From positions 26,225,360 to 26,289,359 of the forward strand of contig NC_043019.1 of the NCBI RefSeq assembly GCF_006345805.1: a stretch of 64,000 bases of DNA. Direction: 5' to 3'. Both the position numbers and the translations under genes were made by a program. This document shows, piece by piece, positions 10,901 through 25,500 of the stretch; the first letter of the stretch is position 1, and every line of letters begins with the position of its first letter. The notes under the pieces are model-generated. The model was not told the DNA's origin. It did not search any database and worked only from the letters and a program-made list of their open reading frames with translations. The stretch comes from Octopus sinensis (taxonomy: Eukaryota).

Positions 10901-13900
10901 AAGAGTTTTTGTTTTTTTTTTAATATAAGGCTTTACAAACACACACGAAACAACAATTTGGGGTGGGAGTGGACACTACTCCAGTGTTTGGCTGATCATC
11001 ATCCTTTAACATCCATTTTCCATGCTGGCATGGGTTGGATGATTTGACAGGAGATGACCAGCTGAAGGGTTGTTATTTAATCAACCTCAAATGCTAAAAG
11101 CTAATTTCACTTAATCTGAAAAGTCCTTATAAAAATTTTTTAATTACAAAGTATTTGTTTAATCTCACTTAACAGTTTCATTTTAATTATAAGAACACCA
11201 ATTATTACACACAAACACCCAATTATATATTTGAATTATGTGATATTTCAGCAGTTAGTAGTTATGAGGGGACTTAGCTACATTAGTGTTATTCTAATGA
11301 CTATGTAAATGAGAAGTTTTGGGTATTTGCACAGTTAAACGTGGGCCAGTAGGGAAAACAAAATGTACTTACCAGCAGGTTCAGCAGGGTAATTCTTGCT
11401 GTTGCTGGCAGCAGATTTTTCTTTGATCTCTTCTTTGCCAGGCAAGGCCAACATAATTGGGCGCCGATTCCCAGTTTCTTCATTAATCTATTCATAAATT
11501 ATTTTTTAAATGTACAATCATCATTATCTCAGTAATAGTTGAAAAATGTTTGATTAAGTTTTAAAATTTTGAAAACTAGGTTATGGAAAATTCCATTGTA
11601 TTTCTTGATTAAAAACTAAAAGCTGAATTTTGATAAAACTTCTTGGGTAGTTTGTAGTATTAAGTTAAAGAAAATATTTGGATTCTCCAAAATTAGAAGA
11701 TCTCTGTGTAATCCAACCCTTTGCCAAATGTAATGCTTATTTATTCACATAGTTTTGAATTAATCGTGCATTATCTCATAGCTTCAAGATTTCAATTACG
11801 TGATTTATTTTTAAAATGGCATTCCAGGATAAGTGCAATAGGCTGGATTTGGGCCAATTTGAACATGAAAGAGGTATATTTGGGCTGGATATGGCCAGTC
11901 TAAATGCAAAAGGATTAAGCAATTATAGCAATACTTTCTATTTATTGCAAATTCCATAGTCTTTTCAAATGGCAGTTGGCTGGAACATACATTCGCCTCT
12001 TTATGAGAGCTCAAAATCTCTCGTGGAAGCGTCATCCAACCAAAGTACAAATATATGGGAAACTACCACCTGCATCATCTCTTGTGAAAGGTAGAAGAGT
12101 CCAGTTTGCTGGACATTGTTGTAGAGCTGAAAACGAGGTAAATTCTACTCTTCTCCTCTGGAAGCCATCTGCTTGTGATACCAGAGGGTACACACTCTCC
12201 TACCCTGATGTAATCTCCAGGGATACAGGCATCCAACAACAGGACCTCCGTAATGCTATGATGGACCATGAAGTCTGGTGTAACATAGTAAATTCCATTG
12301 TCTCGACCACAGTCAAACAATGATGATGATGATTTATTGCATCCAAAGAGAAAGGACATACTTATGAAAAGCTATGCAGGGGTAAGAAAAAGCTTGGTAT
12401 AGTTAGGGGTGCATTTGTGACAATATTTAGGGGTTCCAGAAAAGAACACGAGGAATTACAAAAATTGGTGGTGATAATCAGAACGGTTGATGTATCAGAG
12501 ATGTTCTGAATGCAGAAGAACACAAGAAGATTTTCAAAATAAGGTTTTGCAAGTTCACTCACCAGTTTTCTGACCAACCAAGATATCTCAATGAATTTAA
12601 TGTTTATTAATAATATCACTAGGTTAGATGTATTGATGTAAACCCAACAAAATAATGAAACAAAGAATTTGACTTTGCTAATTATATGCACTAAGAGATA
12701 TTCTAAATACTAATGGTAGTTTGACTACTAATTACTTTATATAGTTTTTAATATATTTTTTTTTACACAATTATATTTGCAGGCAAGCATGGTTTCAATA
12801 GTCCTAAACTTATTGCTGTGTTGTTTACAGATGCAGTTTCAACTCTCACACACAGCCTTTGATGTTTTCTATCCAAAGGATTTTTAAAACTGTTATAGCT
12901 TTATCTGCTTTCAGTTTCAGCATTCTGAGAATGAATTATTTTTAAGTATTATAGGTTTTTTAAAGCAATATTTCATCACAAACTTGGATTTTTTTTTTTT
13001 TTTTTGAGAGTTTACAAAATCACAGGCAACATTGAAAAACAATTGTTAAAACAAGTAAGAAGATTGTCATTCAGATTACAAACCTGGACCATGGTATTAA
13101 AATGAACCGTGTACCTTCTTCTTCCAGCTTGAAATCTGAAAAATAAAAGGTTTTGATAAAATCCACTCAACCTGAGAGAAGGTTTAGAGAGAGCAAATGG
13201 AAGAAGGGAATACAGATTACTAGGGGAGCAGGTGGACAAGATGAAATCAGCCAAGAACGTTTAAATGAGTAGTAAAGATTTATGATTATTCAAAGAAAGG
13301 GTTTGCAAGTACTGTATTTTCTGGTATAGGAGTTGAATTATTTAGGCCAAAATTTACAGTCAAAACAACAAAGAGATTAGGTCAACTTATTTAGCCAGAT
13401 GACTTTGGAGTACTAAAAATTCCTCGAGATACAGCAGAATTTAGAAAGATAGTGTTAATGAATGTTTACTCTATATACTATGTCAACTTGCATGCCAGAA
13501 ATTACAGTAAACCAAAGCACTTTGTGTATATCAAATGTTCTAGGTTTAATAAGGTAATCTAATTTAAATTCAATTCGTTAATGCCGACATATATCAAATA
13601 ATATGGAGCGCAACCTACTTTACACTAGATTCACCACGTCGATAGGCTACATCGATTGTTTTGTTGTTGCTCACACTGTAATTACACCAGCGCCCACTCC
13701 GGTCATCAAACCATTTCCAAGTGTGACAATTAGCCTGGAAAGAGAAAAAAAATACAGCCCATGATAAAAACAGGAAAAAGCCCAGGAAAAACAACTTATC
13801 TATATTTAAACATTTTTATTGTCAATAATATATATATATATAGTCTATATATCATATCCACAAAAAAAAACACACTCTAATGGTTAAAACTTTTAAAACA

Positions 13901-15138
13901 ATAACTAAAATCCTTTACCAATAAAATTTCAGCTTCGGTCTTGCGTTTGGATATCACAGCTACTTTTTCATATAAATCCAAAAGGAGAAGAAGAGGTGCC
14001 ATCCATCTAGAAAAAGACAATCCATATATTTATAAGTTACTTGATTTCCTCACAATTATTATACTAATATTAAAATACATCTGAGTTATAATGTAAATCT
14101 TGAAGTTCTTTAACCCTTTAGTATTTAAACTGGCCATATCCGGCCAAAATAGTTAATCTGTTTTATGTTCAAACTGACCAGATCCAGGCTCTCACACCTA
14201 CCCTACAATGTTATTCTACATCAAGTAATTACACCATCAAGATCTTGAAGATATGAGATAATGCATGATTAATTCAAATCAATGGGAATCAATAGGCATT
14301 ATGTTTGATGGAATAATCTGAACACTAAAGGGTTAATGAAGAAAAAAATATGCCCAATGAGTACTAGAACCAGTTACAAAAGACATAAAGAGTGGATAGA
14401 AAATGAAATCCTATTTAAAAGATGCTTTTAGGCAGCATTTAGTTGAGATGCAGGAGTGGGTAAGTGGTAAGAAGTTTGCTTCCCAACCACATGGCTTCAT
14501 GTTCAATTCCAGTGCATGATACCTTGAGCAGTTGTCTCCCACTAGAGCCCCACACCTACAAAAGCCTTGTGAGTGGATCTCGGAAGATGGAAACTAAAAG
14601 AAGCCTGTTACATAGGTGTGTTACTGTCACCTTGCTTTCACATCACTTGATAGTTGTGGGTGTCAGCATCAAGCGAATGAGGCCCTTTGTCACCCAATAT
14701 TTCTTTACAAAAATATTAGGGAAATAACACTTTACTTGAAAACGGGTGACAGTTGGTGACAGGAAGGGCATCTGACTAACTAATTCCTCTGAACACATTC
14801 CATACAACCCATGGAGAAGCGGACATTAAAACAACAATGATGGTGATGTGTGCCAAAAACTAAAATTATTTTGTAGAATTTTAAGAAGAAAAAAAAAAAT
14901 ACTTACTTGAGACTGATAGATTCTTTAGACTGAGCTAAGTATTCCTGAGTTCCTTCCAATACATCTACTAGCAGACATACAATATTGCTATCCTGAATTA
15001 CTCTGGCTGTTGGGATCATCACCTCCTGCAAGAAATAGTGTTATTTTCAAAGTATATCATACTTAAATAAATAAATAAATAAATATATAGGCACAGGAAA
15101 GGCTGTGTATTAAGTAGACGGAAACTGAAAGAAGCCCG

Positions 15139-15172
<34 letters not shown>

Positions 15173-18100
15173 ATGTGTATATGTTTGTGTGTCTGTATTT
15201 GTCCCCACCACCATCGCTTGACAATCAATGTTGGTGTGTTTACGTCCCTGTATCTTACTGGTTCGGCAAAGGACACCGAATGCATAAGTACTAGGCTTAC
15301 TAAGAATAAGTCCTAGGGTCAATTTGTTTGACTAAAGGTGGTGCTCAAATGACTGAAAAGAATAAAAGATACACACACACAGAGAGTAGTACCTCAATTT
15401 TCGAACAATTCTGATCACGAATAAATTGTGCATTTTATATATATATATATAGCACAATTTATTCATGATCAGAGGAATTTGTAAACTGAATTTTTTTTGG
15501 TACCCTTTCATGCACAGACAGAGGATGGTCATTTGAGCAATAGCCTATAAGAACAGGAATCAACATGACAGGGGAAAAAAGAAATACTGAAATAGTAGCA
15601 GATTTTTACCTCACAAAGAAGGCTCAACAAATGAAGCCTGGCACCAAAAGCTGTAGTTTCTTGAGATTCTAAAACCAGCTTTACATCTTCACATTTCATG
15701 CTGTTAGCTGATCGGACATCCCGAGAAATTTTCTCACCAAGTTGGAAAATCTAAATTGAAAAAATTAAAAGGGATTTTAAAAAAAATCCTATTTTATACA
15801 TATAACCTTGTAAACATGGTTATTTACTTTTTCTTTAAACAGGTTGGCTACATAGATATGTAAGATGTGTTGCAACACCTGAAGCCAAATCTCTTACTGA
15901 AGTACAATATTTAACATCCAGAGTGGTAGAACTTCTGTAGATTCATCATCATCAAGCTTTGGACGAGTCTTGACACTCAAATGACCAGTCACCTGGCTTC
16001 CATGGCACACAAGTGACCGAGATCATAAAACAACCCCCAGAACAGGATGCCAGTCTGTTGCTCAAGAACACAATTCACCCCAATTCTCAGTCTGGGAATT
16101 GAGACCAGGATCTTGCGAATGTGGGTTTTATTTTCAAAACAACATTGTAGGGTAAGTGTGTGGAGGATGAATTTAGACAGTTTGAACATAAAACAAGGCG
16201 CCAGGTACAGCTGGTTTAAATGCTGAAGGGGTTAAACAAAATTACAGCAACAAAAGGATTAACTCACCTCACTGGTCAAGGTTTGCAGCATCTTTTTCCT
16301 AAGTTCATCTCCAGCATACTGTGACACTACAAGGACAAGGTCACAAATCCTATACACTGTTTCTGGTAACTTGTCGAGCAGTGACAAACATCCTGGTAAT
16401 GCATTGGCAGAGAAATCTGCCAGTACAGAGGAATCTAAAGGATCTTCTGCTTGTTGGTTTTCATCTTCTGGCTCAGAGGATTTTTCTTCTCTTTTCTTAC
16501 TTTCCTCCTATAAACAAAAAAAACTTTGCAAAATGAGTTCCTTTCCTTTGAATTGTTTGACAATGGGGAAACAACTAGGGAGATATTACAATAACAAGTG
16601 TTATGTAATGAACCATATGTACATATAGGCACAAGAGTGGCTGTGAGGTAAGAAGCTTGCTTACCAACCACATGGTCCCGGGTTCAGTTCCACTGCGTGG
16701 CACCTTGGGCAAGTGTCTTCTACTATAGCCCCGGGTCGACCAAAGCCTTAAGTGGATTTGGTAGACAGAAACTGAAAGAAGCCCATCATATATATTTATG
16801 CATGTATATCTATGTGTGTATATGTTTGTCCCCCACACCATCACTTGACAATCGATGTTGGTGTGTTTACATCCCCATAACATTACCGGTTTGGCAAAAG
16901 AGACCGATAGAATAAGTACTAGGCTTACAAAGTCCTGGGGTTGATTTGCTCAACTAAATGCAGTGCCCCAGCATGGCCACAGTCAAATGGCTGAAATAAG
17001 TAAAAGAAAGCACTATATAATGCATAACTGCAAAGTATATGTACAAGTGGCCAGGTGGTTCTCCATCAGTTACAACGACGAGAGTTCCAGTAGGTATGAT
17101 TGATTTCACAAGCAGGCTGTTTGATTAATGTGAAAGTGGCCGAGTGCTCCAGACATGCATAGCCTTAACATAGTTTTCAGGGAGATTCAAGGTGACAGAA
17201 TGTGACAAGGCTGGCCCTTTTGAATTACAGGTACAACTCATTTTTGCCAGCTGAGAGGACTGGAACAATGAGAAATAAAGCATCTTGCCCAAGGACACAA
17301 GATGCAACTGGGAACTGAACTCGCGACCTCATGAGCATACTGAATACCCTAACCACTAAGCCATGCACCTTCACTGTACAACTGTTTCTATCGAATAATA
17401 TGCTGCTTTACATAATGACCATTTTGTATAATATAAAGATTCCAAGCCAATAGAACAATTTATATGAATGGCCTTCAACTTGATATTAATTACATGCTAA
17501 TATCTGGTAATCAGATGCATGGCAGAAAAACAACTTACTGATCAAAGAGTTTTTATGATAAATGTGGAAATACTGATTTGTGCTAAATTTATTACCATCA
17601 TTATTCAATCTTAAAGGTTTATTTCACTCGTTTAGCTATCACATCTTCTGATCCAAGTTAGAGGGAAATTAATTCCTTGAACGGATTAAATTGTTAAACC
17701 TATAAATTTTAATTTATGTCTTAATTGTAATGAATTAATGGAATTAATTCTTTAAATGCAGTTGAAGCTTGTCTGTAGGGTAAAAATAGACATTGTTCTG
17801 CTAATGTATGAAGACACTGTAAGTAAGAGACATGTGAATAGCTTAAATCTTTTTAGTTACATCACAGAAGTAGTTACGAAACTTTACTTTACCTGATCAG
17901 TTGACATAACAACATTTTCTCCTAAAGACATAGCAATTGCTCTGAGCATCTGATCTTCTTCAGACATTTCCATATCTAGACTTTGCTGAAAAACAAACAA
18001 AAAAAATAAAACAATATAAACGTATAACAAAGAATCACTGAATGATTTTTCAGTGTTATGGAAACGGTTAAATATTCTGTTATAAGAGAATTAAATTTTC

Positions 18101-19528
18101 ACTTATATTCCTTTAGGTTTTTGGGTTTTTTTTAAATGTAAGAATGGGTTGAATGCTGCAGGCCTGATATCTGAATATTGCTGAAGAAGGTAGCTTCTAT
18201 CGTTGCCCAAACAGAAACACTTGTTACAGTGAATGAGAGAGCCACAAGGTGGTACTGTCGGCCACGATTATGTGACAAGACGGAATGTAAATACTATATT
18301 TCCAATTACTACTATTTCTTATTTAAGTTTATCAACTTTTAATTTTCTTCTCCCAGTCAACAAGTCACATCTTTGGAGTTTATCTGAATTCTGCTAGAAG
18401 GTAAGATTATCTTTTAGAGCCTTGCTGGCCAGACATGATGTGAACTAATAACCAATATCCATCAAACCATTGTCAGACATGTAGTGAGTTCAATCCCTAC
18501 TAAATCTGAATCTGATCAACTTATCTGTTTTTTTTTTTTGTTTTTTTTTTAATACCAAACCCAGGTCAGCCTTGATAGGATTTGAACCATACAGCTGAAA
18601 ACTAAATTAGTTTCTTGTATTTATAACACTAGAGCACATTAGACCACCCAACATATCAAATGTCTCTTCAGAGTTATGTAAATATTGAAAAACCAAGCTG
18701 CATTCAACATCTGTTAGTAACATGTTGATTTGTCTATATCATAAACAATACCTGCAAAATACTGGTTCTCTATATCAAAACAACACTTCTACAATAATGT
18801 TTTGTCCACATCAACACTTACAAAATGGAAAGAATAAGAAAAAATTGTTACTTACATTAGATATAAGAGAACTACTTACACCAGCAGTCATTGACGGTGG
18901 CATGTTTGTAAGTATGTAATCGGTGGCCTGCTCTAAGGTCACAGTATGAAGTAATGACTCCATGGCATGTTCACGGCTGAAGCCCATATCTACCAGCTGA
19001 GAGAGAAAAAACAAATGGTAAAAGAAAAAAATAAATCAAAACGAAGTATATATATGACTTATTAAAATAATTATGGTTACTGAACAAAGAAAAATAATGT
19101 TAAGAAAATTGCTCAAACAATTCTAAGTATATGTAAGTTTCTTTTTTCCTTAAAAATATAAATTTTTGATTACATTCATCATCATCATCATCATCATTTA
19201 GCGTCCGCTTTCCATGCTAGCATGGGTTGGACGGTTCAACTGGGGTCTGGGAAGCCAGAAGGCTGCACCAGGCCCAGTCTGATCTGGCAATGTTTCTACG
19301 GCTGGATGCCCTTCCTAACGCCAACCACTCCGTGAGTGTAGTGGATCCTTTTTATGTGCCAGACAGGGCTGGCAAACGGCCACGGACGGATGGTGCTTTT
19401 TATGGGGGCCAGGCGAGGCTGGCAACGGCCATGGTCGGGTGGTGCTTTTTGCAAACAGCAGTTTCATTACTTCAACAGCTTCAAATACTACCCCTCCCAT
19501 ATGGGCCAAGTGTAAAAACTGAAATGGC

Positions 19529-19565
<37 letters not shown>

Positions 19566-22500
19566 CTTTGTGAAAGCAATTTCAATGCGTTTTACTAAGA
19601 CCTACAGATACATGGACACATCATCAGTGTTGTGTCATGGACTTTCTGGAGGTTTCAGAGTTTTCTAATATATAACCTCATTCAGGTGACCCAACTTGAG
19701 GATGTGCCCAAATGGCATTCTAATGTCAACTCTTTTTAGCATGCTGTGCAAATTGTCTTTCTTTGCAAAGTATGCGCATGCCCATGCAAGTAACCATTAC
19801 CCAAATCTCTTCAATTAAAAGGCTCCAATTTCAGCTTGAGTCCCTTGTGTGCACATACACTTTTACTTTCCTAGTTGTAAAACGTGCACACAAGCACATG
19901 GCTTAATGGATGAATGCACACAAGTGCATAGTAAGATAAAATTTGCACACAGCAAGATCAAACAGGAACATTGGTCACAACCCTAAGTCTTCCAAATGAT
20001 TCACACAGAGTTAAATAGCAGCAATTGATTCAAGTGAAAAACAATGGCCTACAAATCTTGTAAGAAATCCCCCACCCCTACAAACTGCTCTTACTTAGCT
20101 TTGTAATTTGTATAAGAGCATCGTCTGAACCTTGATTGATGTTTCCAGTTCCCTCATCTCACAAACTATAACCATTCTTGTTTGGCCTATCAAAAGAATT
20201 TCTACCAGCTGTTGAAGGGAAATGTTGCCAGCTCTGACCTCACTGGTCTTGGAGGGTCAGTGAACGATGTGGTTACAGTTCTTTCCTCCACACCTAACTA
20301 AAAGTAATTAGATTACAAAGATAAACTACCTACTATATTTATTGAGCCACCTGAGCAATGCAAAGACTTCCTTTCAGAAGCACTCCTCATGCAAGACTTA
20401 TACACGTTCAACATTTTTAGAGCCTTACAAATATGCCACCGTCAATGACTGCTGGTGTAAGTAGTTCTGCCTGAGATTTCACTAACTGTCTATTGCACAC
20501 ACAATACCAAATTCCTACCACATGAAATCAGCTGACATTCTGTCAGTTATTCTCAAAGCAAATCAACCTACAACAATAAACAAACAAACAATACAGACCT
20601 GTTGTAAATGATTCTGATTAACTTCTGGTTCTTCCCTTCTTCCTTTGCCATCAACAGCGGAAGTAGAAGCAGCATTTTCAGTAGCTTCTTTTTCTTTTGC
20701 CAACTGCTCCTGGAGAAACAAAAGGATTTCTTCAATATAACAGTCTTCCAACACAAAGGAAGAATTCAGATCCAAAATAAAAGCACCAATAATCATCATC
20801 ATCATCATCGTTTAACGTCCGTTTTCCGCGCTAGCACGGGTTGGACGGTTCGACCGGGATCTGGAAAGCCAGGGACTGCACCCGGCTCCAGTCTGATCTG
20901 GCAGTGTTTCTACAGCTGGATGCCCTTCCTAACGCCAACCACTCCGTGAGTGTAGTGGGTACTTTTTACGTGCCACCAGCACAGGTGCCAGGGGAGTCTG
21001 GCATCGGCCACGATCGGTTCGTCTTTTACAAATTCTTCTCTTCAAAGGAACAGTTGAAATACCATTTTAAATGTGCAAAAGGAATCAGTTATTTCCAATT
21101 TAATATTTTGTGCTAAATGATCTTGATTTTATGTAAACTATTCCAACTTTTAAATATTAACCATACAAGAAGTTCAATTGTCAAAACACACCCCTAACCA
21201 AATTCAATGTATGTGTGATCACAAACACACACGCATGTATATACACAAGTTTCCCCAAAATGCATTTGATATGCCATAAATCAACCCTTTAACACTTAAA
21301 CTAGCTGTATCCAACCATATATTCTACCATTTTATGTTCAAACCAGCCAGATCTAACCCATCACACCTACCCTACAATGTCATTCTAAAAATAATTACAT
21401 CAAAATCTTGAAGCTATCAGATAATGCAGGATTAATTCACAACAATGTGAATAAAGAAAGGTTGCATTTGACAAATCAATCTGAATACTAAAGGATTAAA
21501 ATCAAATAATTTTCTTTTAAAACCTTACCTTTATAATGCTTTCTCCTTTAATAATGTGGCACAAAATGGCCAACATAGATTCTGACATACGGCTGCCATA
21601 GGTTTTTAGGGGTTTTCTTCTCCAAAGATTCATCACAGCATTAAAAGCAGCCTAACAAATGGAAAATTAAAGCAAATTGAACATCAAGATTATCAGGTTT
21701 CCATTATCTGAAATTCGCACCTTTATTATTGTTAATAATTGTCAAAGATTAAATGAACAGGGAAAATATCTACCTTTTGTGTTGTTATCAAATACTGGAC
21801 AGGACTGAATGGAACGAACCCTGGTTGGCTGGATTTGGCAGGAAGGACATGTGGGGATTCAGTAACAGTTTTAGGGTTCACCATCTTTTCAACCAGCATT
21901 AACCAAGCATCAAGAAATTCTCCAGTTCCTTCTGCACATAGAATTGAGATGAATAATTAAAGACTCATATCCCAAATGATTGGAGAATTTGGTAATATCT
22001 GAACACATTTGAAATAGCTTATGGCACCAATAAAAGAACATTGTGCATCATCTGATATACAAATTTTAAATCTGAAGAGCTTCAACAGAAAATTTCATTC
22101 AAATCTTTAATAATCTGACATCTAGTTTGTACAAAGAAACTAACAAGTCTATCCATAAGTAAAGACTGGAAGTTTTATTAATAAAGCTAAATTAACAACT
22201 TCTGTGAATAGTGGGAGGTGGGGGAGAACCACCAGAATAGTTGCTTTCCAGATATTATTTAACAGCTCCCACTTTTAGTCCAAATCTTGCCAAGATCAAT
22301 GTGCGATTTCCCTCTCTGAGCTCAAAGTGTTAGGATATACTGTATTTTAACACAAATAAGGAACCCCTTTTTCGTCAAAAATTAGGTTTAAAAAATATGG
22401 GAGTTTCTTATACATGGATAGTATTATAATCCCTTACAAAACCTTTTTTCCAAATTTTAAGCCCCCAAAATTAGGGGATTCCTTATACATGTTAAAATAC

Positions 22501-25500
22501 AGTAACTCCTGTCCATACATTTAGTTGCATTCTTACGTGCAACTAGCAACCAACTCAGATTATTTACAGATTTACTAATCATAAGAGTAGGTTTCAACAA
22601 CTTCATCTTAGCATCTACAGCAGGGAGATGTAGATAAGGAGACCAACAGCTCTGATCTTCAACTCAACCTGCCCGAAAAGCCTTCAGACTTAATCTTCTG
22701 ATTTTATACATTCATTTATATAAACAGTAGCTTTTAGCTTATGAAGTGGCTTCTTGTGATAAATTCTTTGTATTTAAACATGTGCTCTGAATGAGTCAAT
22801 CTCCTTTTCTAATCTGATGGCAAGTAATTAAGTCAAAATATTACATCAGAAATCTTTAATTCTAAAGGCAAGAGGATCTTCCAATGACCAAAACAAAGGT
22901 CAAAATGTGTTAATTGCAAAACATAAAGAGACAATTTTTAGTTATTGGATCATTGCAATAGCTTCCTGAAATCAACAGAACTAGCTACCAATTTCCAATA
23001 CAAAACAATGTGAATATGAAGTGTAACAATTCTCATAAGAGTTCTTGCAATGTGTAAATAATATAATAATATTCTTTTGCTTTATCAATAATTAAAACTG
23101 AATTTTATTTTAGAACAAAAGCATACAATTAAAATTACTGAAATAAAAACCAATCCAGCAGCCATACAACAAACCAGAGAATTCAAAAGAATACGGCTTA
23201 CCTGGAAGGTCTGGATGTTCAAGACCTTCAGAAGCAGGACACTTGCCTCTCATAGAAAGAGCCCAGTTGAAAGAACTGAAAAATAGTTCAAGAGAAGACG
23301 ATCTTATGAGACTGACAGGAGATATAATTAATAAATCAACTATGCACACCACTACAAACCACCACACTACATAAAAGTCATGTTTTCAACCAGTGATCAC
23401 AGGATCAATAGAAATAAACTAGTTCCTTTAGTGTTACAACAGTTATATATAGCTATTACAACAGCTTCACTTGGAATCAACTGAACAATTTTATGTTAAA
23501 GAAAAGTTATATCAGGTCAATTCTCTCAGTTTTGCTCATCTTAGATGGAAATTATTCAATACCAGAATAATGGCACTGCATTTTAATCTTTTGTCATCAT
23601 CATCGTTTAAAGTCCACTTTCCATGCTAGCTTGGGTTGGACAGATTGACTGGGGACTGGCAAGCCACAGTCAATCTGATCTGGCAAGGTTTCTACAGCTG
23701 GATGCCCTTCCTAATGCCAACCGCTCCGTGAGTGTAGTGGGTGCTTTCTTCATGCCACTGGCACAGGGGCCAGTCATTAGTATTTTTCTTTTATTGCTAA
23801 TTATGCCATTGGGAATAGCAAGAATGTCACATATTCCCACATCTCTTAAAGTCAAAGAACATAATCATCTATGAAATCAAAGCAACTGCCTATCACATTT
23901 TCAAAAACTGAACCAATTAAAACAATTTCAAAAAATACAGTTTCTTAAATTTTAAGATTAAATTAATTTTAGAAGGGAAGACTATATAAAAAAAAAAAAT
24001 TTTTTAAATCGTACTTACTCAAAAAATGCTGCTTGTGCTCCAGAGGATAGAAATTTCTGCAGCATTAAGTGATAGGGCAACTTTTTGTCATCAAATAGCA
24101 TCGGAGAGAGGAAACCAACACAGCAAACGAGGAATGTTAACCTCAATTTAGGCACAGGAGAACTTGGAGGTGGTGTCCAACTGAAAGCATTAGCCAACAG
24201 TTTCATTAGGGCTTTGGCTACAGCCTGAGCAGCAGGAGTAGGATTGGTGGGCGTGGCTGGCATCTGGTGGCTGCGGCGCTGTCGCACAGGGGTCCCAACA
24301 CACAACTTTACTAATAAACTGAACAGTTCGGCAAGTGCTCGGCCAAGCCGAGAGGTCACCGATAACAACGGTTTCAGCTGTTTCACCTGAGCTTGTAAAG
24401 TTGGACACAATTTGGACTTCTTGGATTCCTTTTCTAAGCTGTTTACCTCATTTGTCTCCATTGGTGTTTCTTGGCTTTCGGAAGTAGTAAGGGATTCGAG
24501 AGCAGCACTCACTCCATTACTTCCCATTTCATCTGTGCTATGCTTGAGGCCAGCAGCAGTCATGCCCCCACTACCAGACGCAGAATTACCACCCTCAGAT
24601 GTAGTCTTTTCATCCTTATCACCTTTGACATCTTTTGGCATTAGTTTCTCCAAGTCAGCTCGGCCAAATTCACAATCCGCAGGCAACATGTCTTCCGTAC
24701 AGAGAGCCAGTAACACTGTGCTCTCCCACACAAGAGAGCAATAAAGACGGCTAAGTCCAGTCAAGACTTGCAGCCCCAGTTCAGAACCCCAGTGACTCAC
24801 TGAAATAGTTCGAATATCACTCTGGAAAAAAAAATAGAAAAAAAGAGAATACAGTAAAAGAGGGCCATAAGACCAGAAGAACAAAATAAGGGCACAAAGC
24901 CAGCAAATTGGTGAGGATGGAGTAATTGATTAAATCAATTCCACTTAATCTTGACTTGTTACACATTACTATTATTATTACTAAGGTGAGCTGGCAGAAT
25001 CGTTAGTATGCTGGATGAAATGCTTAGAGGTATTTTGTCTGTAGCTACATTCTGAGTTCAAATTCCATCAAGGTCGATTTTTGCCTTTCATTCTCTCAGA
25101 GATGATAAATTAAGTATCAATGAAACACTGGGGTCGATGTAATCAGCTCGTCCCCTCCCGCAAAATTTCAGGCCTTGTGCCTTTAGTAGAAAGGATTATC
25201 ATTATTATTATTACTAAGGTGGCAAAGTTGCAGAATCATTAGCACTTTTGTCCATCTTTATGTTCTGAGCTCAAATTCCACCAAGGTTAACTGCCTTTCA
25301 TCCTTTCAGGGTCGAAAAATTAAGTACTAGTCAAGGACTGGGGTTGATGTGATCAACTTACCCCCTTCCTGCAAATTTCAGGCCTTGTGCCTATTGTAGA
25401 AAGGATTATCATCATCAGCATTTAAACCACCCATGTATGACCCAAAATATACCTATTTTATGCTCAAACCAACCAGATTTGGTCTCACACACTTAGTCTA

